Part shown: piece by piece, positions 24,617 to 35,900 of the stretch
Numbering within the stretch: the first letter of the stretch is position 1
How the letters are laid out: each line of letters begins with the position of its first letter
Source of the DNA: Octopus bimaculoides
Taxonomy: Eukaryota
DNA: 47,646 bases
Direction: 5' to 3'
Assembly (NCBI RefSeq): GCF_001194135.2
Contig: NC_068983.1
Coordinates: 128,831,663 to 128,879,308, forward strand
Translations under genes and position numbers: made by a program
Notes under the pieces: model-generated
Seen by the model: only the letters and a program-made list of their open reading frames with translations
The model's database searches: none
What the model was told of the DNA's origin: nothing

Positions 24617-24709
24617 CGTCGGGAAGTTTCGCAGACGCTCAAAATCTTCGAGTGCTGCGGTCGCTCTGGCGTTTGTTTCTAACATACTGTTTCTGTAATC
24701 TTTACTCAT
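24617..24709 (-). CDS. Candidate first coding exon MSKDYRNSMLETNARATAALEDFERLRNFPT (unknown protein)
   Basis: The 93-nt open frame runs from ATG to a strong phase-0 donor acg|gtaagt (24616-24611). GC is locally raised against an AT-rich background. No family recognised and no downstream exon found. Confidence 0.35.
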
Positions 24710-26731
24710 TTATTACCTACAGTCAGTAAATGGTTTTGTCTTTCTCTACACTCACACGACAACATCCATATTCATAATACTTAGTAAATGACCGATTATT
24801 TCAGTAACAAGTGATAGCCATAAGAACAAACATGGCCTTCGGTGAATCTTTTGGATTGTCTAATAAGAGAATAATGAATTATAATAACGAATCTTGCAAT
24901 CGCAATTTGGAATAATCCATTCGTGCAGTTTCGCACGTCAAATTAGTTAACTTTTAAGGCTACCATATTTATATCAACTATTACTAACTGTTAATCTGAT
25001 TATCCTTGGATCCTTTCAAACCACGTTAAATTCTACTATCATATGTAATTCTCTCATACACATACATAAAAGTTTAGATGTATACATACTCAGGCGCACG
25101 CACAGATATGAGTTGTTTCTTCCAAGCGACACGGCTGGTTACAGACTATGTTGATTGAGTTTCACAGAAGAACAAGATACGAAGACCTACACAACAACCT
25201 TTGAACAAAGTCATCAATAAATGTGCGTAAACATTCCTATCTTACTTTTTTGGCAACATCTTGGTCTTTGAAAAAATCACTGAACACACTCTAAGTTATA
25301 TCCATGAACACAAATTTTCGTATGTATGTAGCTCAGCCAATCATAATGACATTACGTATCCTGCTTAATTTCTTTAGCTGTAGAATATTTTTATAGAGTT
25401 GATCTCCCGTATGTTCATTCATGGCTACACGTTTCTCAACACCATGTATACAAAGAGGATAGTTGGAATACATTCTCTTGCGTTTTTGGACACGGTAGAC
25501 GGATCAATGAAGGCAACAATAGTTTTATAAGCTCCACTTTTTGTTACTCTCGTAAAAAAAATTTAAAGCTACTCTATCATGACTATTATACTTCGGATAA
25601 ATATGAGAGCCCAAAAACATGAGCCCTGTCATAACGATGAATTTTCGACTAAACTGAAACACATTTATCTTCTTTGTCACTTCTCACTGTGGCAAAATAA
25701 AAATAAAAAGAATAAGAATGATAATAATAATAATACTAATAATAAAAACATTATCAAATATACCGCATTTCCAGTCATCTGAAAACCAGAAATAAGAAAC
25801 TCGAAACTGAGTTTTTAAAGTAATAATTAAGAAAATAAACTACGTATCCGTGTGTAACTTCATTCATTGCGTGCGCGTATTAGTGGGCTTTTAATTATGT
25901 ATATACATATATATATAATCGTGTAATCTTGTTATTGTATTTATCTTAAGATATTTACTTTACTTTATATTATACTCATTTATTGTGCTTTTAATTATTA
26001 ATTTTTCTATATATGATAGTGGATTTTCATCGATGAGTTCTTGAAACTTTGTTATTTTCCCTAAAACTATATATTTTATATATATTTTATCTATAANNNN
26101 NNNNNNNNNNNNNNNNNNNNNNNNNNNNNNNNNNNNNNNNNNNNNNNNNNNNNNNNNNNNNNNNNNNNNNNNNNNNNNNNNNNNNNNNNNNNNNNNNNNN
26201 NNNNNNNNNNNNNNNNNNNNNNNNNNNNNNNNNNNNNNNNNNNNNNNNNNNNNNNNNNNNNNNNNNNNNNNNNNNNNNNNNNNNNNNNNNNNNNNNNNNN
26301 NNNNNNNNNNNNNNNNNNNNNNNNNNNNNNNNNNNNNNNNNNNNNNNNNNNNNNNNNNNNNNNNNNNNNNNNNNNNNNNNNNNNNNNNNNNNNNNNNNNN
26401 NNNNNNNNNNNNNNNNNNNNNNNNNNNNNNNNNNNNNNNNNNNNNNNNNNNNNNNNNNNNNNNNNNNNNNNNNNNNNNNNNNNNNNNNNNNNNNNNNNNN
26501 NNNNNNNNNNNNNNNNNNNNNNNNNNNNNNNNNNNNNNNNNNNNNNNNNNNNNNNNNNNNNNNNNNNNNNNNNNNNNNNNNNNNNNNNNNNNNNNNNNNN
26601 NNNNNNNNNNNNNNNNNNNNNNNNNNNNNNNNNNNNNNNNNNNNNNNNNNNNNNNNNNNNNNNNNNNNNNNNNNNNNNNNNNNNNNNNNNNNNNNNNNNN
26701 NNNNNNNNNNNNNNNNNNNNNNNNNNNNNNN

Positions 26732-26912
26732 AGAGAGAGAAAGTTGTGGTGGAAGAGTACAGCAGGGTTCACTACCATCCCCTGCCGGAGCCTCGTGGGG
26801 CTTTAGGTGTTTTTCGCTCAATAAACACTCACAACGCCCGGTCTGGGAATCAAAACCGCGTACTTATGACCGCGAGTCCGCTGCCCTAACGACTGGGTCA
26901 TTGCGCCTCCAC
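26732..26912 (-). mobile_element. tRNA-derived SINE (third family)
   Basis: The reverse complement reads gtggaggcgcaatgacccagtcgttagggcagcggactcgcggtc...ggttttgattcccagaccgggcgttgtgagtg. It has degenerate A and B boxes and an intact-looking body ending in (ct)n at the gap. Confidence 0.85.
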
Positions 26913-27121
26913 ATGTACCCATATATACATACATATATATGCACACACACACACACACACACACGCACACACACACACATATATTATTATTTAACTATAC
27001 ACATACATGTTCTCATAAATGGACACATACGAGTACAACTATAGATACTTAATAAAAAGCTTCTAGCGATGCTGTGGAAAGAAACTCAGACACATAAATG
27101 TATACATAGTTATATATATAT

Positions 27122-27285
27122 ACGACGGTCTTCTTTCAGTTGTGTCTACCAAATCCCCTTCAAAGAACATTTGGCAGCCCGAATCTATAGTAGAAGACAC
27201 GTCACCAAGGTGCCACACATTGGGACTGAACTTGCAAATATGTGGTTGGGAAACAAGCTTCTTATCACACAGCCACTCCTCCACC
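27122..27285 (-). mobile_element. tRNA-derived SINE, same family as 1397-1670
   Basis: cttctttcagtt..tctaccaaatcc...tatagtagaagacac..ccaaggtgccacacattgggactgaac...tgtggttgggaaacaagcttcttatcacacagccac. Confidence 0.85.
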
Positions 27286-27884
27286 TATAGAAACACATAC
27301 ATATATGTACACACATATCGAAACACATGCACACAGACATTCATATATATTCATTACTACTTGTAATCATTCATTTTGCAAACTATCTAAAGCTTCCCAC
27401 CTCGTAAATACAAATGCTATAATAAATTATGAATATCTACTCAGTGAAAATTATATAACGAAGTGTATGAGATTCTGTGATTGTAAATGTCATCAGTAAT
27501 GGTTTATATTGGAAAAGAAGAATTGTTTATAAAAGAAAGCAAGAAATCAGTGTGAATATGTTTTATTAATTCATGAATACTATAACCTATGCTGTAAATT
27601 TCGGCTACGCTAAATCGCATATTACAAATGTCTTTAAATTTATTGCAACCACAGTAGACATCAACGATTATGACGTGTATATGTAATTAATTATAATAAA
27701 ATATTGCGTATCTTTAATTCACGAACGACAGATAGTAAAAGTAGCAGCTTTTGAAACACATTTAGTACTGAAGTCGGGCTCATTCAACTAGATACTTCAA
27801 GGTAGTGCTCATCCAAAGCCACAGCAGAACGGCTGAAACATGTTAAAAGCGTAAACAGAAATAAATTTTGTGGATGTCGACGGA

Positions 27885-27923
27885 AAAGATGATGATGACG
27901 ACGGCGACGACGACGACGACGAC

Positions 27924-27980
<57 letters not shown>

Positions 27981-28082
27981 ATTGACGATGACATCGATTG
28001 TGGTGGTGGTGGTGGCGGCGGCGGTTGCGGTGGGGACGACGACGGCGATGGTGATAATGTCGATGATGATGATGACTTTGAT
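27885..28082. repeat. In-register GAT/GAC/GGT/GGC triplet array
   Basis: Directly visible. It explains the poly-D, poly-M, poly-S and poly-H ORFs in the track. Confidence 0.95.
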
Positions 28083-28199
28083 CACGCAAACCGTAGTGAA
28101 GATAAACAGATATGATAATAGAAAGAGAATCCAACAAGATCTGGAAAAGTTGTACATGAAAGAAATTGAAATGACGAAGATACGCTAGATTAAGAAGTC

Positions 28200-30145
28200 T
28201 ATGAAACTCAAAGGTCAGAAAATGTAGACAGAAAGAGTCACCCACCTGTGAAAGCTGTAATTAATGTAAGTAGCCGACATCTAGAAAGCTCTGAAGAAGC
28301 AGTACTGAACAAAGGTCTTACCTTTGCGACAACCATCAACCGTATTCCATACTTGGACATAATAGCCGCTATCGAAGAGATAGCCATAAATATACCAAAA
28401 GCTCAGGGAGATGAACTAAGGTGGACAGTGAGAGAGGTACTAGAAAAAGCAAAACTTCCTGAACCAAACATCAGAAAGGAAGAAAAGTTCGCTATCAAAA
28501 GACTACAAAGAGATAATTCCATCATAATACTTCTAGTATTGAAGGGAAATGCTACAGCGGTGTTGAACAAGTCTGACTACTCTTAATAGTTTGGCAAGTC
28601 TTATGAGTGTTGGTAGGTACAGCAAAGAAGAGAAAGACCCAACTCTGAAAAGAGAGAGGAAGTTGTCAGAGATCTTGATCAAGAAGAAGGATGACTTTAT
28701 ACCAATGAAGTACAGGCAACTGACTCAACACCACAGTATACTACCACACATGTATGTTCACCCTAGTATTCACAAGGATAATATTCCATTAAGAGCTATA
28801 GTGAGCTGTAGAGGTTCATATCATCCACTGAGCCGCTTCCTTATGGATAAAATCAGTCCATTCGCAAGTGAACATCGTGCGTGAAGAATTCCACTCACTT
28901 CACAGAATTGATCAAGGATATCTCCTTTGAATCCAATCTGATGGTGAGTATAGATATGAGAAGCCTGTTCACCAAAGTGCCAACTGTTGAAGCACTATCG
29001 GTGATACCAGAAAAACTAGTGACGGACACCCATCTAAAAGAACGCACTAGTATACCAATAAGAAACTGGATGGAAATGTTGATCTTCTGTGTAGAAACTA
29101 CCTACTTCAGTATGGACACTGTTATATAAGGACAGGAAGAGGGTTTAGCTATGGTTTCGCCACTATCACCGGTAATAGCCAATATATGCATGGAATAATT
29201 TGAGAATTTGTCATTTGGATCAACGCCACTAAAACCATCACTACGGCTACGATATTTTGATGACACCTTTATACTCTGGCCCCACCAGGAAGATGTCCAA
29301 GTGTTGTTAGATCAGGTGAACTCAACAAAGCCATCCATACATTTCACAATGGAAAAGTAAACAGACAATCAGCTGGCATTCCTGGACGTATTAATAACAC
29401 GGACCAAGTATGGATTCAGGACATCCGTATACCGCAAGCCGACCTTTACTGGACAATACCTCATCTTCAATTCCCACCATCCATACAGTGTAAAGAGAGA
29501 GATTGCTCAGTGCCTAAAGCATCGTGCAAAGAATATAAGTAGCAACTGTGATACACACCACGAAGAAATGAACAGCCACAATAACGATCTGTTAAGCAAC
29601 AATAACCCCAAACGTATACTACCCACTCCAATTATGAAGAAGAGAGAAGATAAGGCCAATAAATTGTCCACAGTATGTCTACCATATCTCAAAGGACTCT
29701 CCGAAAAGATACAAAAATATATGCGGCCCATATGCCATCAGGACAGTATTCAAGAGTAATACAACACTTGGCAAATATCTCCTTCGAGTAAAACCACCAA
29801 TACAAGAGAATATGACCAAAGACTGCGTGTACTCCATCTCATGCAGCTGTGGTAGATTTTGTATACAAAGGCGAAAAATAAGGGTAGACGACCATCGCAA
29901 AGCTGTGACACGAGAAGATATTGATAAATCGGGTATAGCTGATCATGTATGGTAAAATGGAGACCACCTCCACCTGTGGAATGAAGTTAAAATAATAGAC
30001 AGAGACCACCACTGGAATATACAAAAACTAAAAAGAAGCAGCATATATTCTAGGACACAACAACCTCCTAAGTCGACCGAGTGCGGACATGAACAGCATA
30101 TGGGAACCGTTATTAAGGAAGGATAGAAAAATATTAGATTTTTAA
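28200..30145 (+). mobile_element. Penelope-like retroelement (Penelope/Poseidon type): RT + GIY-YIG ORF, decayed
   Basis: Motifs in order: AVINVSSR.L...EAVLNKGLTFA, KGNATAV, PSIHKDNIPLRAIVS, SIDMRSLFTKVP, GLAMVSPLSP, RYFDDTF (YFDD 29253-29264), FTME, LAFLDV, SVYRKPTFTGQYL, CVYSISCSCG (GIY-YIG start), SGIADHVW, KEAAYI. Stop at 30143-30145. Multiple frameshifts. Confidence 0.95.
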
Positions 30146-30173
30146 GCCCTAAAACTCACTCCATGCCTGTCCA

Positions 30174-30246
30174 CGTGCATATGGCGTAGTGGTTAACAGA
30201 GCGGGCTACTAACTCCAAGATTCCGAGTTCGATTCGAAGCAGAGAA
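30174..30246 (+). promoter_or_regulatory. tRNA-like head (internal Pol III A/B boxes), resembling tRNA-Thr
   Basis: A box TGGCGTAGTGG at 30182-30192 and B box GAGTTCGATTC at 30225-30235. The anticodon-like loop ctactaa resembles CTAGTAA of tRNA-Thr(AGT). The acceptor stem is poor, so this is not a tRNA gene. Confidence 0.75.
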
Positions 30247-30267
30247 CCTATGTTCGAAATTTTCCCA

Positions 30268-30315
30268 TGACACCTGAAGAAGGCTGGAGGGTATATCAGC
30301 CGAAACATTGTCTTA
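30268..30315 (+). ncRNA. Minimal type I hammerhead ribozyme (degenerate)
   Basis: Layout: stem I tgacac (30268-73), core CTGAAGA (30274-80), stem II ggctg/cagcc (30282-86/30297-301), GAAA (30302-05), minimal stem III catt, stem I' gtctta (30310-15; 5 of 6 pairs including one G-U). It lies at the 3' end of a PLE, where such ribozymes are known. Confidence 0.7.
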
Positions 30316-32719
30316 ACAACAAACAAGACGACAAATATCTGTCGAATGTAAATAATGTATTATTATCACTATAGTTGAAAGTCTCTCACTGTTGTAAGCT
30401 CTGTGCGTATCCCCGATCGTACCTACACCGTTTTTTCCACTTTTTAAGTCATATTTGATATGATCGTTGGCTTGTTTCAAATGCAACGAATGTTTTTCTA
30501 GAAAATAACTAGAATAGTATCATGACTCGCTGCTAAAATGACTATCCCTGTAAAATAGAAAACGGAACAACTTGATCAAAACTTAATATCCAGGAAATAT
30601 TTTGAAAAATTAAATCTAGACGCTACTTACAACTGGAATGTTAAGCACCTCTTGTTCTATAGTATAAAGTTTTGTTCGTCAATCGGCCGTTAACCTGAAG
30701 TGTTTCAGAACGAGCTCAAAATTCATATACCGTGTTACCTTTGGTAAATCCTGTTTTTCGAAATTCGTGCTTCTACCAATAATATAGATTAATTTCCATT
30801 AGGAAGCCGAAATCTTCAAATTAAGGTAGTACTGTAATGTTGAGTAGTTTTTTCTTCTTTCATCAAATCCAACTCCAAACACATTCAGAGTTATCTGATC
30901 ATCGTGCTTTAAGACATTTGTACTATTGAAGAGGCATATGCCTCTTTGTTTTATTTTCATATATCCTTGCTTCATTTGCTTAAAGAAAAGTAATAACAAC
31001 AAGATATGGAATATATAATAAAATGTAACCATTCCTCCTGTTAATGTTTCAGCAATTCAGGCTGCAAATCCGTTCTTGTTTCTCATTTTCTTAGTGCTGT
31101 GTTAAAACCATTTAATTTATTGACATTTCTGGAATGATGGGGAAATGTCAGAAAGTTCACAAAGGGCTGTGCAATTCGTCCTCAAGACATATCAAGTAAA
31201 TCAATGCAAATTGGCAGACGAAACTTTTAAATTATGTTTAATGCTTCCAGACTTCTTTTGATTCTATTAAAATTTCATCACATTGTTTGTTGTGTGCTAC
31301 GAATATTTTTGTGGTTATTTCTCTTATTTTTATAGTGAATGTTCTTGAAGCGAAATTTTTTTGTGTTTTTTTGAATTGATTCATTTTGTGGATTTAGATT
31401 TCTAAGATAATGCCTCAAGTTATGAAAAAAATATGAAACGTTTTCGTAATAAAATAGTGAAAGATCTAAACAATCAGAGAATCCTCTTGAATATTTTAAA
31501 GCAGGAGGGAAAAATGTTGCTTTCAACAACATTGTCTTTATATATTTGTATATTCATTGAAAAACTAAATTCCGTGTTATCTCCTTTACATGCTATATTT
31601 ATTTCTTCATACGCAAGTCACTTATGAAATTATAGTGATACCATATTGGCTAATTAATTCATAATGAAGTAATTAAAATATTAATTAATATTGCATAGAT
31701 TTATTAATTTTTTTAAATTTATTATTTTGCTCAATACTGATTTCTGTTCATTCGGCAGCAATATATTGCATATTTAGCGACAGAATATAGTAAATTTGAG
31801 GAGTCATATATAAATATAGATATATTTCTTTTTATTGATGAATAGAAATAGCTTTAGCCAATTAATTCTGACACGATGTGGACGTTGCTTAAGGTAATAT
31901 ATTTGTTACTGGAAGGCAAGCACCATCATATTTATGAAAAATATTAATTAAAGTTTTACGAGACTGGAATAAATCCATTCCATGCGATTCAGTAGATAGA
32001 TAATTTAAAAACATGCTTGTTTCTTCAAATGTTTCTGTCTTTTCGCGTTAGATTTATTTATAAAATGGATGTTATTTAGCATCAGCTTAACCTTTCTATA
32101 AAAAAGAAAAACCTGTACAAATTTCGTTCCAGCCTGATATTTACAACATAATTAGATACATGCGTTCCACTTTTAAAGGACAGTATGCGATAGGTTGGGT
32201 ACTTTTACTTATATTTCCAAGAGGTCGATGAAATATGGAAAGGCTTTATCGTTTGAAAGAGAAATGCATTGCACAGAATTTATCCTTTCAGTTAAATAAT
32301 TTCCTCTCATTTGATTGGCTTTCCAGTTGAACGAATGCTTTCGCTTTCCAAATTGCCTTTATTATCAAAGATTTCACATGATTGATCAATTACCCTCCGA
32401 AGGAATATACTCTAACCACAAATTCATATTGTTTCGCCATCTGAAATTACCGAGAGTACACCTCCTGTTATACATCACTGACTATCATATCGATGTATAT
32501 TGTGGCCATTTGTTAAAGGTTGTAACTACTGTCTATATATTACCGTTAAAAATATTAGAAATTGCAGTTATTTCCATCTAAAGTTTAAAATAAGTATCGG
32601 AGAAAGTGAAATATTCATAGACAATATTTGGTTGTGGTGCCCTAGTGAAGACACTCGAACGGTTACAAGGCCTCCTAGAATTAGATGCTCAACCCCCTTA
32701 AAATATATTTTTGTAATGT

Positions 32720-33180
32720 CATGAACTCATTTGCATACAGCCAATCAGAGCTCAACTATCAAACTAATTTATGAACGTATAACAAGCGATAAGATAATGT
32801 CACTTGTGTAAGGAATAACCATGCTTCTTTTGTCTTTTTATAATGCTTCTTGGTTTCGATCTTGTTTCAACCATGGCTGCATCTACGTAGCGATTTGCGT
32901 TTGTAGTTAACTTTCTGAAACAGTAATGGGAGAGGGTTGATAGCCCATCACCCTCTACCCGCATTTTTCCCATCAACATCTTGGAGTCTTAACATAATCC
33001 GATAATAAGTATAGATGCAAATGTATCTAATTACTTGTCTCCTTCTAAAATCAAATATAACTTGTTGATCGGTCGATTTACAACACTGTTCTTCCTCTTG
33101 AGTTTACTCGGTAGAGTGTGTTTTTAATATGACAACAAGGTGAAGGTGAGCTCTAATTGGCTGTATGCAAATGAGGTCAT
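32720..33180. mobile_element. MITE-like element bounded by 29-bp inverted repeats
   Basis: ctcatttgcatacagccaatcagagctca (32726-32754) and tgagctctaattggctgtatgcaaatgag (33147-33175) are inverted at 28/29 positions. No coding capacity inside. TSD not identified. Confidence 0.6.
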
Positions 33181-33199
33181 TACTTGGGTCCGGACCTCT

Positions 33200-33480
33200 C
33201 GTGGAAAAAAATTCGCGGTCGAGCAGGGCCCGACTTCCCGCGGCTGTATAGCTGTTCTGTACAACAATATCGAGTCCATCGTCCTTGTGAACGGTTTCTC
33301 TTCGAAACCGTTCGACATTAAGCTCCCTGTTCGCCAGGGATGTCCCCTGTCTCCGCTTTTCTATGTGTTGGCACTTGAGTCATTTCTGCAAAGGCTGGGG
33401 GCTTTAGGGTCATTTTGCGTGATCTACGCTATGGAAGAACAGAGACCATGAACGCGGATGACACTACCATCATATAGGGA
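33200..33480 (+). mobile_element. Tx1/L1-clade LINE RT fragment
   Basis: QGPTSRGCIAVLYNNIESIVLVNGFSSKPFDIKLPVRQGCPLSPLFYVLALESFLQRL, then after a frameshift NADDTTII (YADD motif) at about 33451-33474. Confidence 0.85.
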
Positions 33481-33489
33481 ACATTAGAG

Positions 33490-34365
33490 CGGAGTGTCCC
33501 CCACCACTAGAAAAGAACAAAGGGAGACAGGAGGAAACAGTTGTTGATGTTACACTGGCTGGGGAGGAAGAAATAAGTGAGGTGGAACCACAGAAGAAGA
33601 CAGGCACCAGTGTGGAGAAAGAGGAAGAATCAAACACCGGTTGGGAAATGGCGGAGAAAAGAAGCAAGAAGAGGAGTAAACAAGAGATACACATGGTAAA
33701 AATTGACCACCAACCCACACCAACCCGGACCTCACCCACACTCGCTCAACCCCAACCCCTCCCTACAGACAACAACCCGCCCCATGCCCAGTCTGACAAA
33801 AAAACCTATGGCAAACATACAGGAGCCTCAAAATTACTCAACCTCACCTTGTAATGAAAAAATCGTTTTAATGTACAATGGACAGATTGAAGAACAGGAT
33901 AAAGAAGTAAATTCGTGGTGCAGAACAGTCAAGGTGGATATAGCAGGTGTAAGTGGTTTGCTCGAGAACGATTACTGTGTGCTGACAGACCTGGAAAACC
34001 TATAGAAAGTGCATAGGTATATCGAGAACTGTGTCTGTGAATAGTGGTCCACAAAAATAGACACCAGTACAATGCCGAAATAAATAAGTTACGTAGACGT
34101 TTAAAAAAAATATGATTTAGACATTTTGGTAAAAGTGACGGATTGATTATTGTGTAAACAATTATGTTTAAATGTTATAGCAAAATGGCTATTACAAAGA
34201 GTAATGCAAATGGTGGCGCTAAGGTTCAATGAAGTAGCTCGGTGGTTACACCGAGCGACTTGTTTCATTGTATAATTTCATTCATTTCATTTGTTCTGTT
34301 GTTTGTCCTCACAACGTGCTGTCCCCTCTATGTAATGCCTTTATGACAATAATAAAATAAGGTCA
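33490..34365 (+). mobile_element. Tx1-like ORF1 tail plus 3'UTR (unit 1)
   Basis: Charged E/K-rich ORF pieces (33582, 33703) resemble the 34873 ORF. They are followed by a hairpin gctcggtg-gtta-caccgagc (34237-34256), a T-rich tract and AATAAA (34351-34356). Confidence 0.45.
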
Positions 34366-34439
34366 GAAGGTTAAAAATGCTGATAACAGTATCTGTGCTG
34401 ATAAAATATAGTGTGATACTTAGTGGAAGTTATAACAAT

Positions 34440-35900
34440 CCAACTTTTTGAGGATGATAACACTGTACGATAACACTGGAAGTTGTACAGTAACAGATAG
34501 AAACATTCTATCGACGACATCGGAATATAACAATTTCTGCCAGAGCGACAACGGTCGTCAAAAGACATATAGAACAGTGGCAAAATACCTCTTTACAACA
34601 CTATTACACCAACAAATGCTGCAATTATTGAAGTGTTTAGGAATTACCGGAAAAGTGTTCTCGCAAGACTGTCATGAATTCCATAAAATAATTCAAATAC
34701 AAGCCTGTGAAGCATACTACAGAGTATATGAGCAAATCTTCGAGAAAGAACGTAAACTTACAGCCCGAGGATGTAAGACTGAGAGTGATGGTGGAGGGTA
34801 GGCCGCCCTTAAGCTACGCATGTGGAGAAACAGGCCACCTGAAGTCGAGGAACCCCACCGAGAGAACAACAGATGGAACCAACAGAGAAGCAGGAGAGTG
34901 CAGACCAAGTGATACACGTTGAAGTAAAGGAGACAAAAACAGAAGAAGAATTCACGGCAGTAAAAAAAAGAAAGAGAAGTGAAAGAATAAGCTCTCCGCC
35001 AGAGAGGCAGAAAGAGAAAAAAGTTGAAAAAGAGGTTGTCAAGGAAATCAGAAGGGTGGAATTGGAAATGATGATTCACAAGGAGATTGGAAAGCATCTT
35101 GAAGAGGAGCTCAAGGTGGAGTTGCAGAAGGAGGAGACAACAGCAAAGACATTGGTTATACCAGTGGAGGAAAAGGATCTAGGAGAACAATTGTATGAAG
35201 GTGAAATGGAGAGCCTATTCTGAGCGGAGGAGGAAAAAGAAAACAAGTACCAGGCGCAGAGCAGGAAAGAGGGAAAACTATTAAGAAATGCGAAAAAATA
35301 TCGATTGAATTTTCTGACATATGCTAAAAATAATGAAACTGAAAGGAAAATAATAAATTTTAAGTTCATTATAAGAGTGAAGCTGCCCACAGATGTGTAT
35401 TCGGAGAGCGTGGAGGCATTGTGGTCGGCAAGGAGATAGAACAAGCTGAAGGATATGTGTGGAAGAGGAATTGATCCGCCAAGAGTAAGGGTGGAATTCG
35501 AGGAATTGCCTCTAGTGGTAGAACTGAAAGATCTCGAACCTTTTATGAAATATTAAAAAAGGAAAAAGTAATTAAAATTGCTTTATTTGGAGAAAAAGTA
35601 AAATTGTTTTATTTTATTTTCATTTTTTTATTTATTTATTTTTTTTTGAAAAAGGGGATAAAGCGATAAGGAAAGAAATCAAAGGAAAATTGAACGATTA
35701 TATAAACTGTGTATTTAAATGTTCAAATGGCACTGCAAGGGAGTGAGGCCCATGCAGCCATTTCATTTTCATTATAATATAACACCTTCATTTTCATTTG
35801 TTTCGTGTTTTTGTTTTGTGTGTTTTTTGTCCCCATTGTGGTGTTCTGCCCTTGTGCTGCCCAATCTGTATTGTGTCCGAGGTGCCCAAATAAAGTAATT
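34440..35900 (+). mobile_element. Tx1/L1-like ORF1 (gag-like) plus 3'UTR, no ORF2 (unit 2)
   Basis: VRLRVMVEGRPPLSYACGETGHLKSRNP is a decayed CX2CX4HX4C knuckle. An E/K-rich tail follows, then a hairpin at 35725-35763, a T/G-rich tract and AATAAA (35889-35894). Confidence 0.6.

Noticed and set aside
27784-28245. Poly-D, poly-M, poly-H, poly-S and poly-I ORFs
   Set aside because: All are readings of one triplet microsatellite in different frames. There is no splice or domain support.
30174-30246. Functional tRNA gene
   Set aside because: The acceptor and anticodon stems do not pair properly. It is treated as a tRNA-derived promoter head.
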